Virus record (IMG/VR): IMGVR_UViG_2706795432_000001
Coordinates: 11,029-75,028 of that record
Origin: a virus
Taxonomy: Duplodnaviria; Caudoviricetes
DNA length: 64,000 bases
Strand: one strand, 5' to 3'
How positions within the stretch are numbered: the stretch's first letter is position 1; each line of letters opens with the position of its first letter. Shown piece by piece: positions 20,701-28,455 of this stretch. Below the pieces are notes generated by a model. The model had not been told where the DNA came from. It made no database searches and worked only from the letters and a program-made list of their open reading frames with translations. Position numbers and translations under genes: made by a program.

Positions 20701-22396
20701 CCGTATCATCGTTGCAGATGATGCAGACGAACTGGATCTGAAACTAAAAGGCTATGTGAAACTGAAGCCCTACACTGGTGATCCCAGTAATGTGGTGGAT
20801 CGGTCCTATTACATCACCAACACTCGTACCGCTGGTATGTATGCTCAGGGGACCATGCAGAACGTGGCCTCGACCTATCGTGGTGTGGACGTAAACACGG
20901 GCCTCTCTCTGGGGAATGACACCACTGGTTTCATCTCTGGTGATGGTATCGTCGAACGGACCATGGAGCAGCTTCTGGACGCTGCCTACGTGCAAGAGAA
21001 CCCACAGGAAGGGTTTATGCCTGTCTTCGCTGAAGACGGGACTGTGATGGGCTTTGAGCGGTCTGTGAACCGTGAGATCGCTGATGAATTCCTTGGTCGT
21101 GAAGAGAACCTTGCAATCATGATGGGTGCATGGGCTGGTCGTCAGTTGGAAGAAACCACTGCCTATCAGTACAATGTGGCATTGATCGACGAACTGGATG
21201 CCATTTGGCAGAACCGGGAACGTGGATCCGAGAACCTCTTCGAGAACATGAAGGAAACCAAGGATCCAATCTATGCTGAGTCGTTCAAACTGATCCCGAA
21301 CAACATCAAATCCTACATCGACACCAAGTTTGATGGTCAGGGTCTGATGATTCGTAAGGATATGACGAACCTTGCTGTAGGTTATCGTGAGGCTTCTCTG
21401 GCGGATATGTGGTCTGGAAAGACTCGTATGCCCAAAGAAGTACAGAAAACCGTACAGGGTGTGACTCAGTTGTTCATGGGTCGGAATGCGATGAAGTGGG
21501 TCGTGAAGGTGGAAGATATCGGTCAAGGACTAATCTCCACTGCGAAAGACATCATTGTGATCCGGTCTCTGGTGGTTCCTGCTCTGAACATGCAAGCCAA
21601 CGTGGCACAGCTTGTGACCAACGGTGTTCCTCTGAAAACTCTGAAGAAGAGTATGCAGTCGAAATTGGCTGAAGTGGAACAGTACAATAAGAACGTCACG
21701 AAAATCATTGAACTGAAAGCGAAAATTCGTCTTCAGGCTCGTAACGCTAACCAGAAAAAGATCCTCTCGGACAAGATCAAAGCCATTGAGGATCTGAACA
21801 AGAAGATGACCATCGCTCCGATGATCGCAGCAGGTGCATACAAGCAACTGTCTGAGGGTATCACCGAATTCGATGAGAACATCATGTCTGGGAAGCTGGG
21901 TGATTACGTGGAAGCTCAAGTCGCAAAGCTGCCTTCTGGTGTTCGAACCATCGCTGAACATGGCATCGTGTCCAAATCAACGAAGATCTACCAGATCGCA
22001 AACCGTGCAACGCAGTATGGGGATTTCTTGGCGAAGTCTATTTACTACGACCACCTGCTTTCGCAGGGACTTGCACCTGATGTGGCTGTGGCTCGTATCA
22101 ACGAGGAGTTTGTGAACTTCTCCACACAGCCGGGTCGTGTCCGTTCTGCTCTGGAACGGAATGGTCTGTCTTGGTTCATGGCGTTCAAACTTCGGATCGC
22201 CAAGATTGCAATGCGTCAGATGAGGGATAACCCTGTCCGTGCATTGGCAGTGAATGCTGCCCTCGATGTGGGATCTCCAATCGAGGACAACATTTTCTCA
22301 GTCATGGCAGAAGGGCGTCTGGATTATGCAACTGGATATGAGATGCTGTTTGCAGCACCGGAACTGAACCCGTGGGTAAACCTGCTGAGTGATTAA
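11729..22396 (+). CDS. Virion-encapsidated RNA polymerase (N4 gp50-like vRNAP)
   Basis: 3555 aa, no Cys seen; DVTSVGR, motif A ELDGLTNG (D1736), motif B RNSAKNPMTKVNYG, motif C GVFDG (D2092). Confidence 0.97.
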   Translation: MSERDEILAAELIAQRLRDPKFQEEVAVSRNRDTGNEDELIQDMRNLNDLEIRAKYGDEGYLASMGQYYTSNEVDQINDRERTTREKWSDIATSAVMAPIRSGGNLSGIGAGFLVEKMTDGQISREQATADILSAHNTAVENVLQENLSETIQDRQRLFQIEGKLDSFDNYVEYERDLAEGANPTLAEWRMEGKNFIDSASRALNSGDVTAQLIAEGVGDMALSAPLGGAAGLVVKGLGRTALASALTTRVGRVMGRVGKAGAYASGEVALEVSGVYAETVQDVMAMENSTLLETSSIYRGLIQEGHSPSEAKAILAGMTAETAAIRQAPASVALGFLTSKFEAMPIGSFRNSGIAGGLLTMAGEGIEEAGQGISGKINQNIAVEEFANIGRRTLEGAGEEAALGAIAGIGTAGVFATPSAPRNVLSDAGKARDALLDFALDGATEYNDPLRQNIMGRDSRAQEAARAATALAVDFGTNVGRGAAAFAGDALKAGEAIGLDKAARATVDAARGATQTAVNTTAEAVNRVNTRDERAQTSKEVEEAVAAARTVDEEIQAGQVTPEVAQSVSNEGTAPTPNLSDTVGSNKIETVANIMAKVGSRAFKPTVEDKAFAAAQIKSLAGVMNSLPAKARRQVAKLVTSKAAQNVVKEAGEIDLNKEEVSPEAEVSTTVNVAKSNPANVNPEKTKKILEESGEIISPEDAKYLRVASKVAGTINNLVGNLVSIRETENIGLKADDQAEKEKIDPTARSIYVDGYVNDKGEKLRSINDFASDIIQGAQSPDGTIINQKREVVPVRSVAESFNKMVQHMNNRIGALNQSFDSNTRNSRGKLTAGKGFPFQGLRNGETFVELTSPLYHRDNPASVALAKRIAAERDATVEIYEALQAEFPEIFDGLVLPDLIELKTEENQTQQPTGIEESSTPEGGEVTSTETQTQEENDNPTAVEEETNSEEGADETGATATDETVTTEEIDSDEQALNEEEMSDEEIRDLMDTPSSWAEADRVRIQERQNRLAGAARQYVSEMMGDSLKKRIRQLRIYPESLGLGPGYAHVSEDGTKKKIYLSEAMFDENDQLTAEGRAVLLHEAAHIVDFTNSPNLISQSNYFNKTGKIMKEWNALNPDSDWAKGRMEYANSFRGSDDKQHRAEVFAVLTEFYYSKNESLLADSPEIVAEMETIYGTKTQATGTSTDSTTSEGTSSETGGTTDTTEGSTFDAGLRPNSEFLNEVYPRDENTDAPADLNEVAQVIENNGGINTVTVNKIVELAPKLTNFINKRLRQRKTQIDGKTRSIHKHILENPQGLMAVMQYKFTALADPETGEMNQNMMELATVAMVDWLTAASQSDPNRFKDTLEKQGLSFADLKSDEQARDMAIGIPPSSLKPQLARAILDMWGVKPNKKSAMVDYYGIAEGLAAEMLLGLEAEGYLEVKRIELAKVMSSDAETGDKEVQHVKTDSIILNLEKVREFQNEVRSNRQDGVANTVKEYFLGKSREMYSIGEKIPFKKRGRLSARENKAIRTMQDTPHFYNEELGNLMLEIGDENLMRILGFVEGVNEETVPNATLRRSILGKNLSIENNLADAGILTSQISRQDPVYYPVDVTSVGRHQYQGVNPQSNKFLRALVTPTWTTVDLATQEDAVWLGVAQAADLHKIEKKNHQKILSTVRDDFEARYGEAKNQVLEMLRGNEFDSDTFTASALGSETEIEPQVLAAIFTVAKMQHAKESGQTSFESSLSVELDGLTNGAANMMVNFAQGLMEASEWENFKKIGFYIGKVGQTINNYFEKEGNLDMYETVARLAQEKMVRAMTKGKMQREAVAAHRFASHFGDLKKNEKTGQFEMSRNSAKNPMTKVNYGSGVLGVGTGIADDLMMAFFEALHQNELSDIEYEGDLRADLEVLGVRLPENPAASWEPTVAEMKAFRFNVAQTIGQALTEAAKETLGNRITEVNDLLVFSTNVQAAYLNEMFEQKMLELGERLAKEGTIRRNPKTNKPVMRDIPVEEYDRVVAELESMAPIFTSDEQTLELGGFKVKIADDWPVLSAAMDDRLNQKPMLKQPDDVGVKAIPFTVIGTGDAMMMNLIFGSDGAPMDVLGVFDGLDVPVTKLQQYAPMVNQRVMETWDRDVLAMAVENFRGFLNNDLDQEALKRAFATAKDKSKKSTVTATSNEELIQQLDIRLQNNRAFKAMLKKVPVSVDQMGGSNIGFSRGEGSLGLNALNDIVRRELEGKPVQTVEEIDEVDVKNPVEETTVSAVIQGIRWSEQQKKVMDIIRPALGDTRVVFGTIDQLNVWRRENVPDDGLVMTAPAQYDPVNEILFMSNARPETILHELVHAGTFQKVLDHYNGQTNEAVTRLEDLMDDFMNIKDGGQKVREAQATIARYRQSTDPFTKAAAVNELMAYVLANAAVRKKAQTTQAQSLASIGSKVIRLMRRLLGGAPESIYDGVAFNTQMLIGTPIDDSTGDGGNGDGGGDNAGGEMTPPANNYTNYWIRLLGNYLNENTDTVTRNVRRDEQVRARASVNQIVDSFRQVGMLQNQEARMTFKAIYGVINADIQLRSQPLISMNKMFDHIIENMTPEMFGDGQEAAQEYSAVLNAFGKDNDQINSISVLLALSQTSSKFRQVLDQIPEPETGATGTRLQDTLTAVATKTMDTITARVHENGDAKQVMDMLAATIIEHDQDREWFMLQKVTSSLDAADKYVGGRMQALAEFMRRTDRETRENSRSKVKKFLIGSVTIGTNYLDKTGSDLNNQGLKNQFHMGIPVLSIVPVRELISEIVGTDRFNQKVVALQDKVNHAISGMRQAYREDLPGILANLFQEKPTKTQWKAMYNVIAQTDFVSVIDPNNIAQGMQLLADPAVRSARIRQLETELDRKLVPYVSQDAKDKAEQLANYMTGGGVGTLLVRNAYAIAKNLDGEYDASLVPVLDELISIYAIDMMDADQRQEVLDLYASDQEAMEQIITYLQGLNEEEENKPNISEMARLNAYKGFIPNEGAKDTRIIVADDADELDLKLKGYVKLKPYTGDPSNVVDRSYYITNTRTAGMYAQGTMQNVASTYRGVDVNTGLSLGNDTTGFISGDGIVERTMEQLLDAAYVQENPQEGFMPVFAEDGTVMGFERSVNREIADEFLGREENLAIMMGAWAGRQLEETTAYQYNVALIDELDAIWQNRERGSENLFENMKETKDPIYAESFKLIPNNIKSYIDTKFDGQGLMIRKDMTNLAVGYREASLADMWSGKTRMPKEVQKTVQGVTQLFMGRNAMKWVVKVEDIGQGLISTAKDIIVIRSLVVPALNMQANVAQLVTNGVPLKTLKKSMQSKLAEVEQYNKNVTKIIELKAKIRLQARNANQKKILSDKIKAIEDLNKKMTIAPMIAAGAYKQLSEGITEFDENIMSGKLGDYVEAQVAKLPSGVRTIAEHGIVSKSTKIYQIANRATQYGDFLAKSIYYDHLLSQGLAPDVAVARINEEFVNFSTQPGRVRSALERNGLSWFMAFKLRIAKIAMRQMRDNPVRALAVNAALDVGSPIEDNIFSVMAEGRLDYATGYEMLFAAPELNPWVNLLSD

Positions 22397-22402
22397 CAGG
22401 GG

Positions 22403-22425
22403 GGTCAGGGGAGCTACCCCTGACC
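22403..22425. terminator. Hairpin between convergent transcription units
   Basis: GGTCAGGGG-AGCTA-CCCCTGACC just after the vRNAP stop; no clear U tract. Confidence 0.55.
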
Positions 22426-22430
22426 AACTC

Positions 22431-22570
22431 AACGCCCCGCACAGGATGACAGTGGCTTGCCGTCTACGACCTACTCTGTGATGCCGTTATGACCTCTCTA
22501 TCGTCAGGTCTAGTAACGCCGGAATTTGGTAAGTACCAACCGGGTGGCCAATGACTTTCTTGGTAGCCAC
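22431..22570. ncRNA. Candidate structured ncRNA (four hairpins, three abutting)
   Basis: CACAG/CTGTG; CGTTA-GACCT/AGGTC-TAACG; CCGG-TTGGT/ACCAA-CCGG; GTGGC/GCCAC; no convincing ORF. Confidence 0.35.
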
Positions 22571-22589
22571 ACCAACAAAGTCAATTCGA

Positions 22590-22757
22590 TTAGGGATCTG
22601 TGATTGCAGCGTGAATCAGGAAGACGATAAAGACAATCACTCCGATTCCGATGAGACCCCAGAAGAAGAATGCAGCCACTGCAAAAGCAGCTACACCCAA
22701 GAGTGCAACGAGAACGATGATAGCAAGGGTCACGAAGACCCCTGCTATCGTTTTCAC
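22590..22757 (-). CDS. Small 55-aa membrane protein (not in ORF track)
   Basis: GTG start; MKTIAGVFVTLAIIVLVALLGVAAFAVAAFFFWGLIGIGVIVFIVFLIHAAITDP. Confidence 0.6.
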   Translation of the reverse strand: MKTIAGVFVTLAIIVLVALLGVAAFAVAAFFFWGLIGIGVIVFIVFLIHAAITDP

Positions 22758-22758
22758 C

Positions 22759-23691
22759 TTAGTCCACATCGAAGATGCTCGACTTCTTGGTGGTTTTCAC
22801 TTTCGAAGCACCACTTTTTTCGGTGGTTTCACTCTTGGTGGAGTCCGAGGATGGGGACTCCTCGTCCCCGAAAAGGTTTCCCTTTTTGGTTTTCCCTTCG
22901 GTTTCGGGCTTGGCGGTTTCTTCAGCAGTTGATTCCTCTCCCGCTTCAGTTGTTGCCTCTTGGTCGTCACCGCCTCCTGTATCAGAGTCAGAGCCACTTC
23001 CTTCGTTGCTGCTATCAGCAGACTCTTCAGGAGCATCGGCAACCTCCTCTTTCACCTTTGGCTTCGGTCCCGGCTTCTTCCGGGGACGACCGCCTTTGTT
23101 CTTCACAGGTGCAGTACCCATGATGACTTCAGCTTCGATCTCACCATCGACGACTTCGAGTTCCACCGTTGCTTCTTCAGCATTGGGAATGTTCAGAGTC
23201 TTCACGTAGGCATTGAGAGCGTTCTGAATGTCTTCTTGATCCAGCAAGATACGCATGTCTTCTGGCTCCTTCTTCAAAATGTTGACTGTTGCGATAGTAT
23301 GCCCATCCATTGGGGCAACACCACCAAAGGAAAAAGTGACCAAGACGACATGCTCTTGTGAGTCGTCTGGTATCTTTCCAGCTTCCACCATCGTATCACT
23401 GAAATACTTATCAGCGACGGACCCGACATTCATCGTGTCGAGTGTACCATTCCGGGATGCGAAGATCGTGTAGTGGATCCAGACCTTCTCTGCTCTTGGT
23501 TTGTCCCGTAGAAGTGGCTTCACATCATCTGCGAAGTTTTTCTTTTGTGTGCTTAGATGATAGTGATGCAGATTTCTGTAAACATTCAGATTGACGGGTT
23601 TCACGTTCTTCTTACTGACGTTCACATAGGAAGGGAGTCGCACACTGTACGACTCCACAACCTCATCTGCGAGCAGATCAGCAAGGATCAA
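22759..23691 (-). CDS. RusA-like resolvase N-terminal domain fused to an acidic protein (internal start at 23256)
   Basis: LDTMNVGSVADKYFSDTMVEAGKIPDDS resembles the RusA catalytic region; AAGGAG 9 nt upstream of an internal ATG. Confidence 0.65.
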   Translation of the reverse strand: MILADLLADEVVESYSVRLPSYVNVSKKNVKPVNLNVYRNLHHYHLSTQKKNFADDVKPLLRDKPRAEKVWIHYTIFASRNGTLDTMNVGSVADKYFSDTMVEAGKIPDDSQEHVVLVTFSFGGVAPMDGHTIATVNILKKEPEDMRILLDQEDIQNALNAYVKTLNIPNAEEATVELEVVDGEIEAEVIMGTAPVKNKGGRPRKKPGPKPKVKEEVADAPEESADSSNEGSGSDSDTGGGDDQEATTEAGEESTAEETAKPETEGKTKKGNLFGDEESPSSDSTKSETTEKSGASKVKTTKKSSIFDVD

Positions 23692-24506
23692 TCGTCAAAC
23701 AACGATGCTTTTTTCTTGCCTTCGGAGGATCCACCTTCCGACTTCGACTTCCCACCAGTGAAGGCTTTGCCTTCTTTCTTCCCGGTGGATTTGTCATAGG
23801 TCTGGCCACGGTTCTTCTCCACCCACTTGTGGGCGTAGTCACCGTCCTCTTCCATCTTGTTGATGGCTTTACCCAGATCACCATCGTTGAGGACTTCTTC
23901 GAAGTCACCACCGAGGCTCTTGATGTAGTGAGCCACTTCCGAGATGGTCACGAGACGATCTTCCGGGAAGAACTTGATGAACTCGTTCTGATCACGGGTT
24001 TCCCCGGTTGGTTCATAGTCACCAGTGGATTCGTTCTTCTCGGTCTTGTCCACTGTCTGACGCTGGATAGCGACTTGCAGTTTCTGACCGTGCAGTTCGA
24101 CGAAACACTGGACAGCCTGTGGGACTTCAGCTTTCGCATCGAAGTCGTAGAGGCTCAGGGTCTTCTCTTCCACGTCCATGTCACCGACCTCTTTCGAGCA
24201 CAGCAGCATACACAGGGAGTTGACCTGATTGAAGCCGGGAAGGTTCTTGTCTTCACCAGTCTTCTTGTCCTTGTAGGTCACGTCACCGTTCCGGTTCGTC
24301 ATCCAGATCTGGCGAGTGATTTCCAGACCATTGACCTTGAGGCACAGCGTCACGTTCCGAGCATCGGAGTTGGCCGCTTTGCCGATGAAGGCATACTTGA
24401 TTTCAGCCGGATAGATATCCGTATCAAGCACACCACCGCCACCGATGTAGTCGTCTTCGACTTCAGCCTTTGCAGCGGGTTTTTTGTTAGCGAAAATGTT
24501 GCTCAT
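23688..24506 (-). CDS. Single-stranded DNA-binding protein (N4 gp45-like)
   Basis: EVEDDYIGGGGVLDTDIY, KNLPGFNQVNSL, basic tail ending LFDD; synteny. Confidence 0.85.
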   Translation of the reverse strand: MSNIFANKKPAAKAEVEDDYIGGGGVLDTDIYPAEIKYAFIGKAANSDARNVTLCLKVNGLEITRQIWMTNRNGDVTYKDKKTGEDKNLPGFNQVNSLCMLLCSKEVGDMDVEEKTLSLYDFDAKAEVPQAVQCFVELHGQKLQVAIQRQTVDKTEKNESTGDYEPTGETRDQNEFIKFFPEDRLVTISEVAHYIKSLGGDFEEVLNDGDLGKAINKMEEDGDYAHKWVEKNRGQTYDKSTGKKEGKAFTGGKSKSEGGSSEGKKKASLFDD

Positions 24507-24560
24507 GTAGATTTCCTTCTTGGTTCATGAGTTGGCTTGGTCGAAACCAAAAGAACAGAG

Positions 24561-25298
24561 TTAGTCCTCGTAGTATTCGATCAATCGCTTGATGACGGGA
24601 GCGAGGCTGTTGTCGATGTACAACTCCTCTTTCTTCCACATTCCCATGGGAGAACGAATCCGATCACCCAAGGTTTTCTTCGTGGTTCGTGTCTGAAAGA
24701 CGTGCTTGAAACCAAGCTCTTCATCCTCTTCAGTGATGTTCAGCATCGAGTTTGGAGACTTTTGAAGCTCTCGGATCGGTTCCTTGCTGACATTGATGAC
24801 AGTGGTGAAGTAGGCTTCCAGACCTTTCTTGGCCAATGCACCCTTTACAGGGACACTGGTACGGAACATGCCAGCTTCTTCGTCAAGCTGACGGTCGAGG
24901 TGTCCCAGATAGATGAAGAAAGCATCCACTTTCGAAGACTGAGTGATCAGTCGTTTGAAGAATTGTGCATACTGACCCCACATCTTCTGGGTGTCCCGTG
25001 CAGGAAGAACGTGGATGGTCTCGAACATATCCATCATGAAGCTGATGGTGTCGATCACCACGAAATTAAATGGGTTTTCAGCACCCAGTTCTTCCAGTTG
25101 TTCAAGCATGTCGAGGATATCCTCTGGGTCAGTGATGACCTTGTTCTTGAACTTGTTTTTGAAGGGGAGAGGTTTCCCCCCTTCGCAGTTGAGATAGAGC
25201 ACGTCTGTACGGTCTCGCATCTCGTACAGGGACATAGATTTCCCTGCGCCTGACTCACCACAGATGAGCAGGCTATGTGGATTGATTTCGGTTCCCAT
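24561..25298 (-). CDS. AAA ATPase (N4 gp44-like, Sak4-like)
   Basis: Walker A GESGAGKS, Walker B VVIDTIS, RIRSPMGMW. Confidence 0.85.
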   Translation of the reverse strand: MGTEINPHSLLICGESGAGKSMSLYEMRDRTDVLYLNCEGGKPLPFKNKFKNKVITDPEDILDMLEQLEELGAENPFNFVVIDTISFMMDMFETIHVLPARDTQKMWGQYAQFFKRLITQSSKVDAFFIYLGHLDRQLDEEAGMFRTSVPVKGALAKKGLEAYFTTVINVSKEPIRELQKSPNSMLNITEEDEELGFKHVFQTRTTKKTLGDRIRSPMGMWKKEELYIDNSLAPVIKRLIEYYED

Positions 25299-25307
25299 GA
25301 GGTCTCC

Positions 25308-27494
25308 TTACTTGGTCATCTTCGAAGCCACAGACTTCAGCACGGTAGAGTAGATCTCATCCTGCTTCAGTGGGGACTCCGATTCTTTGTTGAGCTTGAG
25401 GACTTTCTTTTCGAGTTCGTCATAGCTCATACCTGCGTCTTTCAGCATCATGGCGTAGTTGAGCAGGGTGTTATTTCTACCCCCTACCTCCATGTGGTTC
25501 AAGAACCAACGCTCCAGATTCTCCAGATTTCCAAGGTCTGCAATCTGCTGAACATACTCGCTGTTCGCCTTGGTTTTCGGGATGAATGGCAGCACATCAA
25601 TCACCTGTGGACCACGGTTGATATGGACCATTGAGTTCTCGTTGGTTTGCCATTTCTTACTGCGTTGGTTTGCAGACTCATCCGACTCGAACGGAAGCCA
25701 CATCAAAAAGGAGTTCATGAACTCTTTGTAATCGGCTTTGTCCAAGTGCAGATGATAATTAGCAGGCATGATGAGCCTGAAGCGATTCTCTTCGTCTGTG
25801 TGACGTTTGGTTGTCGCTGTGATGAAGGTGTAGTCCTTCAGAAGCTCATGGACAGCATCCAGCTTGATTCCACCGTCTACATCCACCACCAGCATGTTGA
25901 AGCCTTCGATCACCTTGTCCTCGGCCCTGTGACCACCCTCAAAGGAGTGGTTGCACCAATGAAGGTCAGGCTGTTTCAGAAGGATCTCCAGCTTCTCCAG
26001 AGGCTGTTCCTGTGACTCATAGTCATAGGCGAAGTGGTCACTGAAGCTGAACTTCAGCTTGTTGAGATCAGTCTCTTCCAGTGTGGAACCAGAGAAGAAT
26101 TCCACCTGCTGCACCACGTTCTTGGTGATGACGACGTGATTGCTCACACCCCATGCCATTGCCAAGTCCATCATCTCCTTCCGAGCAACAGTGCTCGTCG
26201 GATAGTATGGAAGATCCTCAACCAAGTCTGCATGAGTGAGGTTATCCGGGCTGGTCGCAATATACTTCGCCAATCGAACGAAGTTCCTCTCACGCTTCAG
26301 GAGCTTCTGAAAGGAGAGACCTGATTCCTCCGAGACCTTGATGGCCTGACGGAGATGGTGGATCTCGATATCTTGGGACTCGTCCAAGAAAGCGTACACT
26401 CCAGCCAGCTTCAGGGATTTGAAGTAACGGTGTGACAGTTCAGCTTTCCGGATTTCCTCATGCTCTGGCATCTCATTGGCCATAGCCTCACACTGGAGAC
26501 GATAGCTGATCAATTCGATACCCACGTCTTTGGGGACGTTCAACTCCAAGTCATAGTGACGGGGGTCTGCAAACTTGGCGAGGAAGTTCTGCCAACGGTT
26601 GATGGTCGAAGATTGATTCTTTGACACCAAACCATTGTAGACATCTTCGGGATTCACTGCGGCGAACTTAGTCTCGCTCTTGCCCATACCGAAGAAGCAC
26701 CGTCGAGCGTAACCAGTAGCAAGGAAAGAGTAGAACTCTTCCTCGATCTTGGCTCCGTCGAACAGTTTGGAACTGGTGCCAAACATGAGAACATTGGAAG
26801 GAGTGGATCCTGCAATGTCCAAACCCCGTTCGTTGTCGGGGGTGTTCTTCACCAGCTTGGCCTTGATCTTGCCAAGGTCATAAAGTTCCAACAGGGTATT
26901 GAGAACTTCATTGTTTCCCAACAGGTTAGATCCCATCTCATCCATTTGGAAATTGATGGACCCTACACCTGCGAGGAGGAGCTTGTAGCGAAGCTGTTTC
27001 ACAGCAGGACCAGTGCCTGAGTCAAAGATAAAGGGTGCATGACCCTGTTTCTTGTAGTCAGACTCCAGAAGCTCAAGCTCTTTCTGCTCGTCTCCACCTT
27101 TTGCAGCAGCGATATCCACTGCAAGGTTGAAGAGATTTTGTTCTGCCAGCGATCCGAAGGTGCTCTTCATGAATGCTTCACGGAAGGGAGTGAGGACTTC
27201 TTCCAGCAGGTTGACAGAATGACCCTTACCGAAACCACTGGTCGCAAGACCAATGGAATAGATGTTCACAGGCAGAAGACCACGTTCAGGAGAACGGATC
27301 TTACACCTCATCGACGATGGGATCAGTCCGAGAAAATACGCCACTTCAGCCTGAAAGAAGTCCCGGTTTACATTGCCTGTACGATGGCACAGGAGATCAA
27401 CCAGTTCTTGCATTGCAGGATTGTGCGGTGTGTTTTCTATGACTTCGAGATCATAGAAGTTAGACATCGGGGAAATACTCCTTGCGCTGTTCAC
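25308..27494 (-). CDS. DNA primase (N4 gp43-like) with PriCT-like C-terminus
   Basis: LATSGFGKG, FQMDEMG, VVDVDGG, GGRNNTLLNYA. Confidence 0.85.
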   Translation of the reverse strand: MNSARSISPMSNFYDLEVIENTPHNPAMQELVDLLCHRTGNVNRDFFQAEVAYFLGLIPSSMRCKIRSPERGLLPVNIYSIGLATSGFGKGHSVNLLEEVLTPFREAFMKSTFGSLAEQNLFNLAVDIAAAKGGDEQKELELLESDYKKQGHAPFIFDSGTGPAVKQLRYKLLLAGVGSINFQMDEMGSNLLGNNEVLNTLLELYDLGKIKAKLVKNTPDNERGLDIAGSTPSNVLMFGTSSKLFDGAKIEEEFYSFLATGYARRCFFGMGKSETKFAAVNPEDVYNGLVSKNQSSTINRWQNFLAKFADPRHYDLELNVPKDVGIELISYRLQCEAMANEMPEHEEIRKAELSHRYFKSLKLAGVYAFLDESQDIEIHHLRQAIKVSEESGLSFQKLLKRERNFVRLAKYIATSPDNLTHADLVEDLPYYPTSTVARKEMMDLAMAWGVSNHVVITKNVVQQVEFFSGSTLEETDLNKLKFSFSDHFAYDYESQEQPLEKLEILLKQPDLHWCNHSFEGGHRAEDKVIEGFNMLVVDVDGGIKLDAVHELLKDYTFITATTKRHTDEENRFRLIMPANYHLHLDKADYKEFMNSFLMWLPFESDESANQRSKKWQTNENSMVHINRGPQVIDVLPFIPKTKANSEYVQQIADLGNLENLERWFLNHMEVGGRNNTLLNYAMMLKDAGMSYDELEKKVLKLNKESESPLKQDEIYSTVLKSVASKMTK

Positions 27495-28455
27495 AAACCG
27501 AGAAAGCAGGGCAGTATTCGCAGGCTTTTACTTCGCCTTTGACGGTGACGATAGTGCCTTTACCCTTCTCTTTTTTGTGGATTTCAGCATCTGCCAGCTT
27601 GGCAAATGTCTTTTGAGCACGCCCACCCTTCTTAGCCGTCTCAGGGTTGGCGTAATACTTGTACTGGTCAGGCTGTTTCCACAGTTCTTCATCAGTACAG
27701 CGAACCATTTTCTCTTGGTTTTTCGTGTGCTTGGCGTTCTTCTTGATGTCAGCCAGCTTGTCGAGGATCCAATCTTCTGTCTCTTGGTGAGACATTAAGG
27801 GAAACTCTTTGTGAGCCACCTTCGCTTGAGGATAGTTCGGATCACCTTTGGCTCGATACTTCTGCCAGTCGGTGAAGATGAACTCGATCCGCATGGTATC
27901 CTGCCAGATCAGTTCCGGCATGATGTAACGGTACATCGACCCCTGAAGGATGTAGTCCTTGTCCTTCGAACCACTGGTGTAGCTGAAGGTCGAGGTGGTT
28001 TTCACATCACGGTATGCACCATTGATGGCGAAATCCAATTGGCCGGTGAGAACAATACCCCCGATTTCCTTGAATCGGCGCTGCTCCAAGAAGATGGGAA
28101 TATCGTTCCCACCGACCTCAGAGGGATCTGGATTAATCTTGACACGATCAATCACTGATTGGGGATAATGGAGACGCCGCATCGCCCCCTGCCAATCGCC
28201 CTCTGTCCATGCTCGCTCAATGGAATCATGGAGACCATGACCCACCCGCGAGGCAATCAAGTCAGATACATCCATGACCTCTTGGCTCTGGTCTACCTGA
28301 CGTTCCAGAATGAGCCGACGAGTCGGCTTCATCAGTGTGGTGACGCTGATCAACTCACCTTCAGGTGCGATGTCTGCCCCTGAGTAATAGCCCTGCTGGA
28401 GAAGCCAGACTGCAATGGGCAGGTCGATCTGATGTTGGTTGGTCAGCTTTTTCAT
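27460..28455 (-). CDS. PD-(D/E)XK exonuclease-like protein (N4 gp42-like)
   Basis: GQLDFAINGAYRDVKTTS motif; C-terminal CEYCPAFSVC cluster. Confidence 0.75.
   Translation of the reverse strand: MKKLTNQHQIDLPIAVWLLQQGYYSGADIAPEGELISVTTLMKPTRRLILERQVDQSQEVMDVSDLIASRVGHGLHDSIERAWTEGDWQGAMRRLHYPQSVIDRVKINPDPSEVGGNDIPIFLEQRRFKEIGGIVLTGQLDFAINGAYRDVKTTSTFSYTSGSKDKDYILQGSMYRYIMPELIWQDTMRIEFIFTDWQKYRAKGDPNYPQAKVAHKEFPLMSHQETEDWILDKLADIKKNAKHTKNQEKMVRCTDEELWKQPDQYKYYANPETAKKGGRAQKTFAKLADAEIHKKEKGKGTIVTVKGEVKACEYCPAFSVCEQRKEYFPDV

Noticed and set aside
2482-21526. Long antisense ORFs (e.g. 2482-4230, 12032-14155, 16820-19249, 19265-20569)
   Set aside because: They lie opposite highly biased genes, lack RBSs and recognisable motifs, and are explained by codon bias leaving few antisense stops
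22498-22512. CTGACGA on the minus strand suggested a hammerhead ribozyme
   Set aside because: No GAAA core or stem II/III arrangement follows
22483-22590. Protein-like open frame (RIDFVGVATKKVIGHPVGTYQIPALL) overlapping the hairpin cluster
   Set aside because: No ATG or RBS; bounded by an upstream stop; only 28 aa from a GTG
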